Positions 12,462 through 26,400 of a DNA stretch of 64,000 nucleotides are shown here, one piece after another. Position 1 is the stretch's first letter; every line of letters starts with the position of its first letter. The notes beneath the pieces are model-generated. The model was not told where the DNA came from and did no database searches. It saw only the letters and a list, made by a program, of their open reading frames with translations. The position numbers and the translations under genes are program-made. The DNA is from Ramazzottius varieornatus. Taxonomy: Eukaryota; Animalia; Tardigrada. The stretch is taken from assembly GCA_001949185.1 (NCBI GenBank), contig BDGG01000007.1:507401-571400 (forward strand), given 5' to 3'.

Positions 12462-12750
12462 CTTGCACAGACAGAGCTTTGAACTTCTGTTTGGAAAGAG
12501 AAGTAGGTGCTGGATGTCTCTAATGTTCTGCAGGAGAGGTTTTTATGCGTGGCTGGACACTGGGAGCTGCCAGTCTTTTGACGTCATTTGTATAGCGCTG
12601 CATCCGGCTCACTGGGATAACGGGCCGTTCCCTGTCCGGTTAGGTGGCCACAAACGAGCCAAGTTTGTTGGTATCATGGTCGCAGGACAATGGTCTGGAC
12701 CCAAGAGATAAGACAGAGTGACTTACTCCACTCGCCCGAGTCACGTAAGG

Positions 12751-13376
12751 CTGTAATGCAGCGATTCCACTTCATCACGGAGAACCATTACGGACCTCCG
12801 TCAGGAGCTCCGTAATGAGTGACTCTACTTTCGATCATTTCGAGTCGGTCATGACAGGAGAAGTGGAATCACTCATTTCGGAGCTCTTGACGGAAGTCCG
12901 TGATAGCTTCTCGTAATGACTTCTATGTGACTTTACGTAAATTAAGAAAAGTGCGAAATGCACCGCGTCCGACATGAGCGATAAAGCGACACAACATTCG
13001 GTTGATTGAAACATATGGTGGTTTGAACGGAAGACCCGGAAATACAGTGCGGGAGCAACCAGGAAGGAACACAAAATCTCCGAAATTTATTAATTGACGT
13101 AATTATTGTATTCGTTGTGAATTTATCATAATTAAGTATATATACTCGAATGAGAGGAATATACATGTAGAACTTTCGACAAGAAATTACGAAAGTTATG
13201 AGGTATATTCTACTTCCTCGTTCCAGCCAGTAATCAGAAATACGTGATGGGTCCAGAGATTGCTCCTCTCCCGAGATGACTTTTTCCGTGATGTTTTTTT
13301 CCAGTTATGTTAATGGAAAATTTGCTTAAAGAGCAAAAACGCGCCAGTTACGAGAAGTGGAATCGCTGCATTAGAC
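12751..13376. mobile_element. ~625-bp MITE with 20-bp perfect TIR cores and an internal palindrome
   Basis: taatgcagcgattccacttc (12754-12773) is the reverse complement of gaagtggaatcgctgcatta (13354-13373). An internal imperfect inverted repeat runs ~12774-12830 / ~12861-12917. Confidence 0.7.
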
Positions 13377-14135
13377 TTTTGAACGATTTTCCACAGAAAA
13401 CCCAGACTTCACTAAGATGCTAATATGGTTTCATTTTAAAGAAGGAGGGTCTTTTTATCTTAGTGAATGTGATGTAGACTCGCCACAATGTGCAGGCGGC
13501 ACCGAACGGAAATTAGTAATTACTATTCGTAGTACTAACTGCTTTGACGCATCCGCCCGTTTAATTCCATTGAAACTCGACTCTCACACACGCGCGCATG
13601 TCTTGTGGACTATGAAAACAAAAACTTTTGATCCGGTAATTGCACCATTGTGCCAGAAGATAAGAAGAGCATACCGTCTGTGCATAGAAACACATGCAGC
13701 AAATCTTGCTTCACCGCGTCATTTCTTTTTGTTTACCGAGCACCGAACCAATTTCACACGAAGAACGTACACGTATGATGCAAAACATATTTAGCAATGG
13801 GACTACATAGAGGTCTAGGCTTACATCGGTGTTAAAATCAGAATTACAACACTCAATACCACGAACATTAAAAACTCCTGATGGCAGAAGTAAGTAGCAT
13901 GCAGGATAAAATTTAGATTATCTGTGTACGTAGATTAATCAGAGAAACTCCATCCAGAAAGGTTGTGAGAGTTCGAAGAACATCAGAAGTCCCGCGCTGA
14001 AGCAGTGCTGCCCGCTTAGTGGGAGCACACCGTGAGGAATGTGTCGGTGGTTGATTCTGGTCTCGTACGACTCTAGCTGTGTTCCACCGATGCGTGGTTT
14101 ACGTGCGGTTCCTCATTGGCCTGGTTTCATGGCCA

Positions 14136-14565
14136 TCATTCGACACGTCGAAGTTTCTTGAAGAGCAGTTCTCGCAATTGGGTGTTGGCCAGCACAATTA
14201 GAATGGGATCAAATGTGGTTGTGAGACGTTGCAGCACGTCACAAACGTCAAAAACACTAGTCGGTTCAGTTTCAGCCCAAATCAGATACGTGAAGGTGGC
14301 TTCTTTGGGAAGCAGACAGACGGTGACACTCAAAGTCATCAGGGTCAGAGTTACGAATCCGGTTGTGCTGCCGCTCGGTTCTCTGCCGCAGATATGTATC
14401 ATCCTGGTTTTCTTGCCGACCGGATCATTCGTGTTCGCGTCCGTTTTAACCGTAATGGACGGTTGGGCTACGAGAGGGGGAGCCGGAGTGGCCAGCGAAT
14501 GTGGCGCCACACGTTACTTGCGATCGCTGAAGAAGGACTTGTAGCATATGTAGGGGTAGTCAGAT
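14136..14565 (-). pseudogene. Rhodopsin-like orphan GPCR relic (TM5-TM7 only)
   Basis: Reads DYPYICYKSFFSDRK*RVAP...STTGFVTLTLMTLSVTVCLLPKEA (TM6)...LTTTFDPILIVLANTQLR (TM7 DPxxY-like plus helix 8). There is an in-frame stop after TM5, and TM1-4 were not found upstream. Confidence 0.7.
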
Positions 14566-15427
14566 TCGCTCAGATAAACCGACCCGACTGCAAGCCGATG
14601 GCCACATGATGGACACCACAAACGGCTGACCAGCTTTTTGTCCTTTTGGCTATTGCGCAGCGCCATGGTTGGTGCAGATCATGTCAGGCTCGATGTCTCG
14701 TTCTTGCTTCAATCTGCGTGTCACGGAACGGAAGAGGAGAAAAACTTTGAAGCCTTCATACAGTAAATAACGATAAAGATGCCTTCTTTATCAGTTCCAC
14801 TTTGACAGCACACGGTTTTTTTTGTAACCAGCTAGCTTTGGAACACATGATCCTGACGAAAAAGTACTCGGGAGTCATTTTTTCTTCCGTGTCACCGGTT
14901 GCTCCATGCCGAGTGGTTTTGTGCACTAAGAACATCCGGCAGGGCACCTGTCCTAGAACCCTCATGTCAATTTACCCTAACATACTCTTCCCTCTAACTC
15001 CCGATCCTAACAGCCTCGCCCGTCCCAAAAAAATCACGGGTCGCCATAATTTCCCGCTGGGTTCACAGACGACGTTTCTGTCTTGAGTTAAACGCTGCGT
15101 TTACGCCGTCTCTAAGACGTTATCGGAGCGTAAAATGAGCGTGATTTACACTCATTTTACGCTGAAAAAATCAGGGAACTTTTGAATTTTCGGCGAACAG
15201 TTTTTGGAGTCAGCGGGAACCGCAAACTGGCTGGGGCGGGCGGCCGCGAAGAACCCGTGCCCCTAAAAATCAGAGGCTGATCCGAAGTATACTTTCTCCT
15301 ATCGGCCTCGTAGTGGAATAACCTCGACTACGAACAACATCGTACCCGAAGACCTCATTCCCCGCAGAACTCCTACCTCGACGAGCATTTCCTACTAAAA
15401 GCATACCAATGTCTTTTACCAGTTACG

Positions 15428-16157
15428 TTGCTGTCCAGTTACCTTGCAGATCGATTTCAGATTATGGTAGTTAATGACCAGCTCTCAGGGCCCGTACCTC
15501 TTACGAGTAGGGTTCCTCAAGGTTCTGTGATCGGTCCTCTGATGTTCATCGTGTTGATGGTCGATATAAAAAATGTTATCTCAAACTGCACTTGCCTAAC
15601 CGCCTTTGTAGATGATGAAGACCCCTGTTCGACTGTTCAAGACTCAGTCATCCCGCAGGGCGACCTCGGCAAGATCTGTGAATGGGGGCTCTTAGCCAGT
15701 CTCCTTCAACCCGGAAAAGTCTGCCCATCTTCACCTCAGCCGTGGTGGAACGGCTGGTGGAAGCTCTTACTTTCTCGATATGGGGTCCTCATCCCCAAGG
15801 TACCTTCAGTCAAACACCTCGGCCTGCATTTCGACAGGAAAATCACGTGGAGATGACTGGCCGACAAAGCTCGCTGCTTGTCGTCGTCGAACTCGTTACT
15901 TGCATTCCCTGTTTAGGTACCACAATTCTGCCGCAAGGATCCAGCTTTTCACTGCTCTCGTCCATTCAGTTCTGGACTACTGCCCTACCGGAACACGGAC
16001 GCCGTCGAGTGCGAGTATCAGAAATAATGAAAAGCCAGTTGGTAAGTTCCTCAGAACCCTTCGTCTGGGTCTAGACGAATCGTGGTCAGACGCTGAACGA
16101 TACAAACGGAATGTGGTGGAAATTGGCTGGACCAGATTTAAACAACACTGCCTCTAG
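15428..16157 (+). mobile_element. Degenerate 5'-truncated LINE (CR1/L2-like reverse transcriptase fragment)
   Basis: SSYLADRFQ...SRVPQGSVIGPLMF, FVDD (decayed YADD), VKHLGLHFDRKITW and RIQLFTALVHSVLDYC, with frameshifts between ORFs. Confidence 0.88.
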
Positions 16158-18099
16158 TGTGTTCACTGCAATACAGGCCTTTGTGTAGGGACGTTGGTAC
16201 ACTGCAGTAGTCCATTCCCGCATTCAAGCGTAGAAAGACACGCTAGATTTCGATTGTTTCTCGGGGAGGAATTTTTCTGTTGATCGTGAGTTAGCCCTTG
16301 GTTGACTGGGAAGGAATTTCGAAACCTGAGTTCCGCCTATGATTTTGGACACCATTGATTGACTGGGAAGTCTACATCAACGCACACTTTCAATGCACTG
16401 AGCACGGTAGAGGCAGTATTGTTTCACGCTGGCTGGACGGACTAGTCAGCTGGTTCGCCGGGTGAAACTGATCTTACTGTATGCGTAAAAGTTAATCGCT
16501 GGTATTGTCCCGCTATGTTTCCAATTTTTTCAGCCGTACGAATTTCCCCCAGAATCAGGACCAGCAACCTCAGCACGGAAGCTGGATCGGCTACGCAGCC
16601 ATCCTTGTCCCATCCAACCAACTGGCACCTCCGTGAACGGAAGGAAACTGGGTACTTGCCAGATGTCCACGTGATCTGCACTCTGTGGAACAGTCTAGAG
16701 TTTTCTCCTCATATCTTTGAGCTTTTCTGGAAGTTTCGCAGCTCTCTGGATAACGTCGATTTCAATACATTCCCTTTCTTGGAGAACCGTGCTGGATAGC
16801 TGTTGTTTTGAACTGAAGGTTATGCAGGTTAAGCTTGGCTTGTCCCAGGTAGTTGCTCTGGAATTGCCATCAACAACTGTCCTGTCTCGGCGTTTCCAAG
16901 CTTGGAGCCCGAGCACGCTTCGACAGGTCCTCGTATCTTAGGGTCGTCCTGTCCTATAAGCTTCGTGACGAAGGCAGGATCACAACCGATGCCCCAGAAG
17001 GTCTTCTTGATTGCTCTTTAGTTTACACGATCTCATTTTCTAATAGATCTGTCGACAGTCTCGATCAGGTTGACCATTGTTCTAGTAGACGTTAAGCAAT
17101 AAATCCCAAGTCCTAAAGTCGAGATACGCCTGGTGAAACTGTCTCACAAATGCAGCTACGGATCCGAGCAAAATGTAACTGTTTTCTCGAAATATCGTTC
17201 CAGATAGTTATTCAATAAAGAAATTGCAAAGCTAGCAGAAAAATCCGAGCAGTATGTTTGTGCTGTCCCACGGTTATTCGGTTACCGGGGAAGTTCTGGA
17301 ACTCGTTCGTTCGGTCTGGCTGCTCTCGCCATAGTGTGGCACCAAGCTTTCGGTAAACATCTAACCAAAGCCAATGTCGCAGAGGTTAAGGCGGTGAAAC
17401 TATAGCCCTAAAACTCGCGTTTATCGTAAATGGCGGGGGAAATTCTCAAAGCACATCTTTCAAGGTGTTCTTCTTGCAGTTGACAGACCATCGTCAGTAC
17501 CATAAAATCTGTCACTCATTCTCCAATTCAATAAGCCTGTTTCGCGCCAAAACTTTTCCAAAAAGGTTCCGACATTTTTCTTGTTTCCTAACCTCATTGC
17601 ATTGACCAGATAACGCTTTTGAGAGATCGTCAAGAGTCTATCAGATACATACTGAAGAACATCAGTCAAGTTTTGGATGCCTGTACACGAGCTCTGAAAA
17701 TACGTTTGAAAGTGTTCCGCCGAAAACCGCAAAGTCATACTAACACCTAACATGATTCCCTCTGTTTGCTCAACATTGTGGACGGTGTGTTCGTTTGGTT
17801 GAGCATGAAAAAACTCCTCTTCAGCCTCGTACTTTAATTCCGAAGTCCTTCTAGTCCGCTGCGAAATTTCAAACATTGTGACTTTCAAGTTGAACGAATT
17901 GTTTTGTTGACGCCAGCGTTTCCAAGAATCCCTACCCTATTCCGAAACGTACAGCGGTATGGGTGCTTTCAAAATTCCCGTTTCAGTTTTGACAGACAAG
18001 CTTTGTTCGGAAAACTTACAAAGGGGAAAAAGTGCTGTGAAAACTCAACTTTTTCAACAGAAAACATTTTCCTATTCCAGGCTCGGGCAGAGCAGAATT

Positions 18100-18400
18100 T
18101 GTCCGACTCCATATATTGACTGTGGTCACTTTGGTGCATCCAACAAAAGTGTCGTTAGGTACACCCATGCAAAATATGGCCGAAGAGGATCAAAACCTTC
18201 CTACCTTACCGAAATGGCGCACGTTGTTGTCGGTACAAAAGCCATCCCGATTTCCGCAACTTCTTTTTTTGCGAATCCCAGAGGCCTTTTTGTTACTGAT
18301 AGCTCAAAGCCTCTGTCGCAAAACCGGCCTGCTGCTAGTGCGGTAGTAAATCTGGCAGTGCAAGAAGAAAATCCACAAAGGCCCCGGTTTGAAATGTGTC
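18100..18400 (+). mobile_element. Possible Helitron Rep N-terminal Zn-finger relic
   Basis: Frame-hopping translation gives DCGHFGASNK.CRYTHAKY.AEEDQNLPTLPKW.RCCRYK, resembling the C-x-H/Y-C-x-A...W..E...CC..G pattern of Helitron proteins. Heavily decayed. Confidence 0.3.
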
Positions 18401-19364
18401 ATTATCACTCAGAAAGTTTTCCTTACGTCCTCCTTTCAAAATAATATGGTGATAGAAGAAGAAAAGATTTTGCTGTTGAAATTGGACATCAGCAGCCGAA
18501 TTTCAAATTCGTATTACGACGCACAAACGAAGTTTTGAAGTGGGATCCCACAAAACGCAAATTTCATACTGAAAGACCTACGTGACACAAGTGCACAACA
18601 TTTTTAGCAAAGAAGTTGAGCCATAGCCTTTTCACATGCGTGTGTGACGCAGATCGGGAAACAGTTCGTTAGAACCCCTTATATCAGGTGGGAAAGTATG
18701 ACGTGTCGGCCATTTTCGGGCACCAACTTCGAAAATCTTTTTCTCCCGTTTCTCCCGAGCACTAAATTTTGCTCCCTCGCTGTTTGCAAATTGATGATAT
18801 ACATCCATCGGCTTCCAGATTTTCTCCGAACCATCCAATACACTTGTACTTTGCGAGTTGTAAGTTCGTTCTAACGGAGCCGGATTCTTGTTAAAATCCC
18901 GGTACTTTCGGGAAAGTCTCGAAAACGGGAGCGGAAATGCGCGAGTTTTGCGGGGTAGGTTTGTAGTCAAACTTTGCCTCCTGACTAGGCTGAAATTCAT
19001 GGTTTTCTCTCTGGCTAGTCTTTGTCTGTCGATATCCCCGACACTAATAAGTATCAAGAAGCCCATTCGTGAAACGATATCTCGCAACGTGGAGCACTGT
19101 GCACACGGAGATCAGCTGAGAAATGAAAAATTTTGAGTCAAGTGTGCAGGGAATAATCCATTTTCGCTTTCAAGATAAGCTACTCGAGGGCTGCTTATCT
19201 TGAAAGCGAAACTTCGTACTCCACTTTCAAGATCAACACAATCAACGGAGTTTGACGGCCTGTCGTGAGGAGGACTACTGATTCGTTCACGAATCACAAG
19301 TGTGAAGTCCGATGACTCACATCGCTCGTTGTATCCTTCTCCATACCTCTTTTACGCTTTGCAT

Positions 19365-19500
19365 AGTGCCGAAACCAACACGATGCGAACGATAATGCTC
19401 AAGAACCCAGCTGATAAAGATGGATACATGGAGGGAGAGACCGTTAAAGGCCAAGTTCTCATCGGCAATGCCTATAGCGAAGCGATCAATTTTGTGAATC
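19365..19500 (+). mobile_element. Possible DDE transposase fragment
   Basis: AETNTMRTIMLKNPADKDGYMEGETVKGQV resembles the R..I.PG..RDGYW.GED...Q segment of some Tc1/IS630-like DDE transposases. Short and decayed. Confidence 0.25.
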
Positions 19501-20426
19501 ACATAAACCGGTTCAATCCAGTTGGTACTGGAAGACAAACTTCGTGCGAACATATTGCTCTTCCCCAACCTACGAGCAAGCACTTGAGAGGTGTGGATGG
19601 TGCGTCTGGTTGTTTGGCTTAACAGTTGGACATCTCACTTACGCCCCAATAAACCCAAAATCTCCAAGTAATGGCGAAAGCGGATATACTTGGTCTGCTT
19701 GGTCTGGCGCCTGCGCTAAGATTTACGCTTGAACTCACCGTGAGTACTTCGGTGAGTTCTTCGACTTCAACCGTGTCGCTGAGCTAGCCAATTCTCCGGC
19801 TATCCAAGAGAAAATTGTGGAAGAACGAAGGTTAGCTGTACTTGGCTATGAAGCGTAATAAAAATGTGTTGCGGCTACTGGTTTCTTGCCCGCGCTCGGC
19901 CTTTCCAGTTTTCGGGACCACTTTCTAGTTTCTTTACAGTACGGTAAACGCCGTGGGACGCGGCCGGTCGAACAGCATTGTCTTCAGTGCTGTTTTTATT
20001 CAATGAGTGGATCTAGCTGTATACAGGTAAGCCGTGCCGGAGGCTCATGACTATCAAAAAGGTTTTTGATTTTGGTATTGACGGACTCGACAGGGCCGGT
20101 TGGTTTTGCTTGTTCTACTATTCTATAAGTTAGTGACGATCGTTTGGTGTAGCTATTTGCTTCGTATACGTATCTTCAGTTTTCTCATTCAGTCTAGAGT
20201 TATCAAAGCCTGACTGACACTTGCGAGCAGGTTTAAATGGCGGACAAGACATGAATTAAAGCCCACATTGTCTGAGATGGGCAATTATCCACCTGACTTA
20301 ATAAAAAGCTTGTGCCTTCGAAATAATCGGCTTAGTGTACTGAACAGCTTGACTTTGAAAGAGTTCGCTTACCACATTTAATTGTCAGATCTTCCGCCTG
20401 AACGATTCGACCCGCATCGGACAAAG

Positions 20427-23400
20427 ATGGATCAACAGAGGAATTTGTCTCGTCGACATCTCGACAGGCCGAGAGCGATTGTGGATCCGGACCCTGAGTT
20501 TCCAACAAGGAATGATCTCATTGTTCCGCGGAATCCAGAGACAAAGCGTCCGCATGGCTGGTATTCTAAGATCACCATGCACTTCCACAATCTGAACGGG
20601 TTTATTGTGGTTTTCGCTGGATGTCTGTTCTTCTACGGTAAGGTAACTACTAGAACATTTTTATTCTGAACCACCTAAGGGCTAAGATAATGAGAGTTAT
20701 GTCAAAGCATAATTCCCAGCTGCCGGTTGCCCGTGAGCGAACTCGATTTACAGTACGAGCAGCATTCGCACATGAATACATATTTCAGTGTCCAAGGCCG
20801 GAAATTTTATGAGGTAGCCGGCATGGAAATATCCAGGTCAGATCTCAACTCTCACTGCTTCAAACGAGCTTTTCTTAGCTCCTAAATCAAGGAAAACTTG
20901 TCTCTTTTCTTCTGAAACAAATCAGAAGCTCAGAGGTGGCAGAACTGACGAAATATCTGCCTTAGAAGGAAGGTGGGTCGGACGTAATGTTAAAGAACCT
21001 GTTTGACGTACTCCGCAGTGCTCCGTAGAGATCTCCACGCCGGCTACCTCACACTCGATTCAATCATGTGAACAAGTTGATCAGCACAGAGCAGTCAGCA
21101 ACGTTGCGATTTGACAAATTCACGAACTCGAGGTTCGGAAAATTTAAACCAATGGTGGTCAAAGCTGGCTTATCTGCAATGGGCACTATGGTTTAGCGTC
21201 GTTGCTCCGAAGAAATGAATGTATCAAATGCTTGGAGTCTTTTTTGCTTCGTCGGTGAACTTCTAGGATAATAGCCAGCCAATTATTCAAAACCACAACA
21301 TACGTAGACAGTAATGCAGCCTATTCGTTCAGCGCTGACGACCACGATACGATGACGATAGCTTCTCTACGTCCTCAAAAACGGGAAGAGAGTGCCTTTG
21401 TTGTAATTGTGTTGCTATCGTACACGCGGCTGGCCTAATTATTGGTCTGGACAAAACTTCTGACCGGACGGGCTGGCGACGGTCTGCCGCAGAGATTGTT
21501 ATGTCGTCGCAGTGACGTTAGCAAGTAAAATTTCGCAGGGATGTGGAATACAGTGTCATTTCAGATTTCGTTTCTTATTTCGTACTCATTTTCCCATCTT
21601 GAGGGAGGTTAGCCTGGAATATGCCGGAAGGTCTGAAGCGCAAGAGACACGAAAGTATACGGAGGATAGCCTGAAAAAGGCAGTTCGCGCGGTTGTCTTC
21701 ATATGGTGGTGGATTGCCTAAGTATAGGCCTTTCCGGCGAGAAAAGTCAAGTTTTAACGTTGATTTACCATCAGAGCTGCATTTTCTGGCAAAATAACCA
21801 AGCATATAGAAGGAAACCAGATCTACGATCATTGAGAAAATCTCTGCAAACGTTTGGTTGTTCGTGTAGGTGAAGCGGTAATGCGTGGTGAAACCAGTTC
21901 TGTTTCAGCCGCGAGCGAATACAGCTGGCGGAGCCGCTGATTCGGAAGTCAGTGGCCAGAAATTTTGTCCAGGCCAATAATTAGGCCAGCCGCGTGTACT
22001 GTATGACGATATCTTGCCCAGGCATCGCCATGAACTTTGGGTGCTGATTGATCCTCTTCCAGATTCCCCCCTCCCATGGTCCAGCTTAGTATCAAAATAT
22101 AGAAAAATAAATTTTCTTCGATTCGGTACCTTCCCAGAACGACTGAACCGCGCCTCAGCAATCCAAACCTCAACGGTTTGAGAAGGGATGAAAACGGATG
22201 AAATCGGCTGTTTCTCCCGTTGCGCAGCCAAACTCAAGGCGCTGTAATACGTGACGTCACGAGCGTAACCGTTGCTTTTTGCTGCGGTAGGAAGCGAAGC
22301 CCATCGTTCTAAAGTCATTTCGGGATCGCCGAATACCCAATGCCCCTCACGATGCGAAGACGATGCGACTTCTATCGGGATTGTATCGTGATCCTCAGTG
22401 CCGAACGAACAGACTTTAATGATTGATTACTGCAATATCTGACACTTTCCAGCTTTGCACCTGCTTCAGCATGTCGTTGCGCCAACGCCAACGCCAACGC
22501 CAATTTGCAACGGGCCGTTTCCGGAGCCCGGCACACTGTCGAGCCGATCTGGGGACCCAGACAGGTGACGTTGGTGCGCAACTCTAATTGGGACTAGCGA
22601 GTCAGGGTTGTCGCTGTCTAAGGTCAGTTTCACACCAAGGAGAGGAGTACTCTTGTACGGGAAAATTTCTGATCCGCTGGTCAGACCTCTTCCCGAAAAA
22701 AACTCTCGAGTGAACATCCGGTCCGGGAAACCATCTTGAATGTTTCGATTGACGAGACTGGCTCTTGGTCTCGTCAATCAAGACGTGACCAAGAGTCAGT
22801 CCCGTCGTATTTCAAAATTTGCGAACGTTTGTTTGACCCTCTCCGTCCGAAATGTTTTGCTTTGCCTCGACGAAACACTAGTTCATCTTCTAAGGACGGG
22901 GACCAGCGTCCATCAGCCACAGGAAAATCTGGGCATGCAAAAGTCTGACATCCACCTTTTTTGGCGTTAGTTCGTTAGGATTTTCTCTCGAGCCAATGAG
23001 ATGTCTAGTTCGTGCCCAATTAATCAGAAAGATCCAGAGTCTATTGTAACCAGGCACCAAGTCAGACTAGCACTAACTATTGATCGGGAAGTGAGACACA
23101 ATTTCGTTGTGTTGGTGTGAAAAACCGCCACCAGCTGGTGACGTCAGCAAGATTTTAGATTCAAACATTTTTAGAAATAAGTGATTCGTTAATACTGGTC
23201 ACGCCTCCCAGATCCGACCAGTTAGAACACTGGGGTAAGTTTGGACCCCATGGTATTGTATCATAAGGTGCATGGAACACCTGGTGTTCAGAGTGTTGAC
23301 TAAATGCAATTGCTCGCGTTCACCCTTGTCCTTGCAGGCATGTCAGTGAGTTACACCAATTCCATGCTGGTGTCCATTCAGCGCCGTTTTGGTTTCTCAA

Positions 23401-26400
23401 CAACCCAAATAGGGCTCATACTGGCAATGACGGAAGTTGGACACATCTGTGCCGCTCTTCTTGTGGCCCATCTTGTGAGCACAAGCGTCAAAGTGCAGAT
23501 TCTGCTGCGAAATGATGTCATTTCAGCGGATTTAGAGCGAAAATGACTGTGAAAAATGGCATGTCAATATGGGAGAACGTTTTCGCATCAAATTCCACAT
23601 CGGTGATCGATTTTTCGCGATTATTTCCGCTCTAAATAGGCTCAAACTACGTCATTCCTCGGCGGAATTTGTACCTTAACAAGCCTATTGTGAAAATAAA
23701 CACACGTCCATTTTTTCGTCTACTGGTAACCGGTATGTGTGTACTATAGCGGTAAAAAACCTGGCCCACTTGTAGGTTGGAAATCGTCACCGCCCTTTAT
23801 GGATCTGCATCGGCGGCGTCCTGGAAGGACTTGCACTGTTGCTCTTTGCCGCACCAGAAATAATCTTCCCACGACATCTTCCCCGTAATCTGAACAGGAC
23901 TGCATCTGATCGGCCTCCCCTTTGCTTGGCTGCTTCCTCTGACCTCGTGTCGAATATTTCTATGACTCGTCCGTTGTGCGGTCAGAATACAATAGGGAAA
24001 TCGACGGATGGCCCACTAGCAGTCTTCCTAACCGCTAATATCCTTTCTGGTGTTGGAAGTTAGTGCGCCAGTCCATGGATTCTGTTCACTGTCAACAACT
24101 AAACCGATACAACATGCAAAAGTGGAGTTTTTTTTATGTAGGCACCACTCCTCTCATTCTTGGACTGCCATACGTAGATGGTAAGACACGTTTCCAGCTC
24201 ATCATGACACAGAATTGTTCCACACGCTGCTGTGAAATAGTAAGACGGCCCTAATTCGAAAAGGTCCTTTTTGCAGATAACTGTCCAGCAAACACAGTTT
24301 CTCTTTATTATGGTACGTTCACTTTTGCCTTGGACTTTCGGCTTCCGGTTGGAAAACTTTATCTGTGCTCTGAGTGAAGTTACACGATGTTCTTATATGA
24401 CAGGTTTCGCTTTAGCGGGAAGATTGATAGGACCGGTAAGTCCTATGCCATGCAGATAAAGAAATAGCGGTATATTTGCATACCGTATTTCTGGGAATTG
24501 TAGTTGGTCGGATTTGGAGTTGGAGCGGCTTGCTCCACAGTATACATAGACTTTACCAGTAGGTAAACTATTAATAGATTACATCTGACTGGAGTTGGCA
24601 GTTTTACCATAATCGCCAGTTGGACATCCGTTCCCTTTTCTTGCACTTCTAGCTCCACCTTTTCCTCCGTCTGACTTCCGGTAAGGGTTCGGCTCGTCCT
24701 AAAACCAGCGAAGACTCACGCCTTTTTTATTCGGACGGATGTCTGCAGCTGGATATCCGCATGGTACATTGGTCTCCTCGTCATCGCGGGTGGACTCATC
24801 TTTTTCGGACTTGCGACCGGTGTGAGTAAGCACCAAGTGTATTCAGTGATCACAAGGCATTACAATCGTGCTTTTCTGATAGGTATTTCCATCCACTATT
24901 CGCCATACCGTTCCCCATACTTTTGACCACAAGGAAGACACAACGGGCAAGGAAATGACCTTGAAAGACGTACCCGACGAAAAGTGTTTTCACGATGGAA
25001 GTTCATTACATAATCTTGGACTGAAAGGTGAAAAGCGAACTTGTCCACGATTTTTCGCCAGCTGACCGGCGTCATTTCTTCCCTACTGCAGATCTGCTCA
25101 TCAATCTTAGGCGCTTGCTTACAAGCCTGTCATTCTTGTGCCGCACATCCTCCATGTTTGTTGATGGTATGGTCGTGGCAGGAGCGTTTCACTTCCTGCC
25201 GCTGTACTTTGTGCAGAACCTTGGAAGCTCGCAGAAAGATGCTGCAATCTTTGGAGGTACGTACAGTACTGAACCATTAGCACGGAAAGACGCGTTCATC
25301 CTCGCTGTTCGCTGTTTCAGGTCTGCTACCGCTCATAAGTATTGTGGCTGGAAACGTTACTGGTGGTATTGTCATAAAGAGGTTCAAATTGCAACCGCGT
25401 CATGTCGGATTACTGTTAGCCATCCCCTCCTTCGTGTTCGCCGCCGGTCTGTATGGGTGTATTGGAATCCAGTGCGATCACGTGAATATTGTTGGCGTAC
25501 CCAATCTTGACGATTTTCGGGATGGTAACATCGCCTTCAACAACTCGGTCTGCCCATCATGCGCCTGTTCGGAGCAGCAGTATGGTCCAGTCTGTGCAGT
25601 GGAAACCAATACCAACTATTTCTCTCCCTGCCATGCCGGATGCAGGGCGATGAAGCCTGGAAACAGCACAGGTTCCCGACCAGTAAGTTGCTCGTACCGA
25701 CATACCGCAGGAGCTCCAGAAGCGATATCGTCCGTGTCTAATATACTATATCTATTTTTTCTACTCTCTGATTCGGGAGTATGTCAATTGTTCGTGCGTG
25801 GAAGAAGAGGACAACCTTCCGGAAGGTACATCAGCGAATCTCCACTATAATGCAACGGTCCGCCCAACGGTTCGATCGGGCTTTTGTGCAAGAGACTGTA
25901 CAACGCAATTGTACGGAATCACCGCCTTGCTGTTCATCTTCGGGTTCTTTGAGGGCTTACCCATGCCCGGTCAAATTATGATGCAGTTTCGGTACGTGTC
26001 TCTTCAGTTGGCTTCGCGTTAGTGCGTCCCTTCAGACTGAATGGAAACTGGGTTGCAGAATTGTGGATGTGGATTTGAAGAACCTCTGCGCCGCAGTGAC
26101 GTCAATAGCCGTAGCCGCCTTTGGATGGCTACCGGGGCCTATTTTCATGGGTAGCTATCACTAGCTAACATTCTTGATCGAAGCCAAAGTTACGCGTAAT
26201 GATGGGTTAATTCAGCCAGTCGAAAGGCTTCTGTTCTCTTCCACAGGGTCGATCGTCGACTCGACCTGTCGACTGTGGCGTCAACTGGCTTGTGGCGAAC
26301 ACGGTGCCTGCCTGCTCTACGACACGGACCAGTTTCGCTGGAAGTTCTTCGTCACAGCGGCAAGCCTCAAAGTGCTCATGGGCCTGCTGGATTCTGTGGC

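Noticed and set aside
16600-17080. Possible gag-like relic on the minus strand (KKTFWGIGCDPAFVTKLIGQDDPK)
   Set aside because: Many stops, no LTRs or pol nearby, and the similarity is too weak.
17460-17888. 142-aa minus-strand ORF
   Set aside because: No recognisable domain or splice context.
19731-19759. Perfect 10-bp hairpin as a Helitron 3' end
   Set aside because: The nearest CTAG is ~25 nt downstream, farther than typical, and no matching 5' end was identified.
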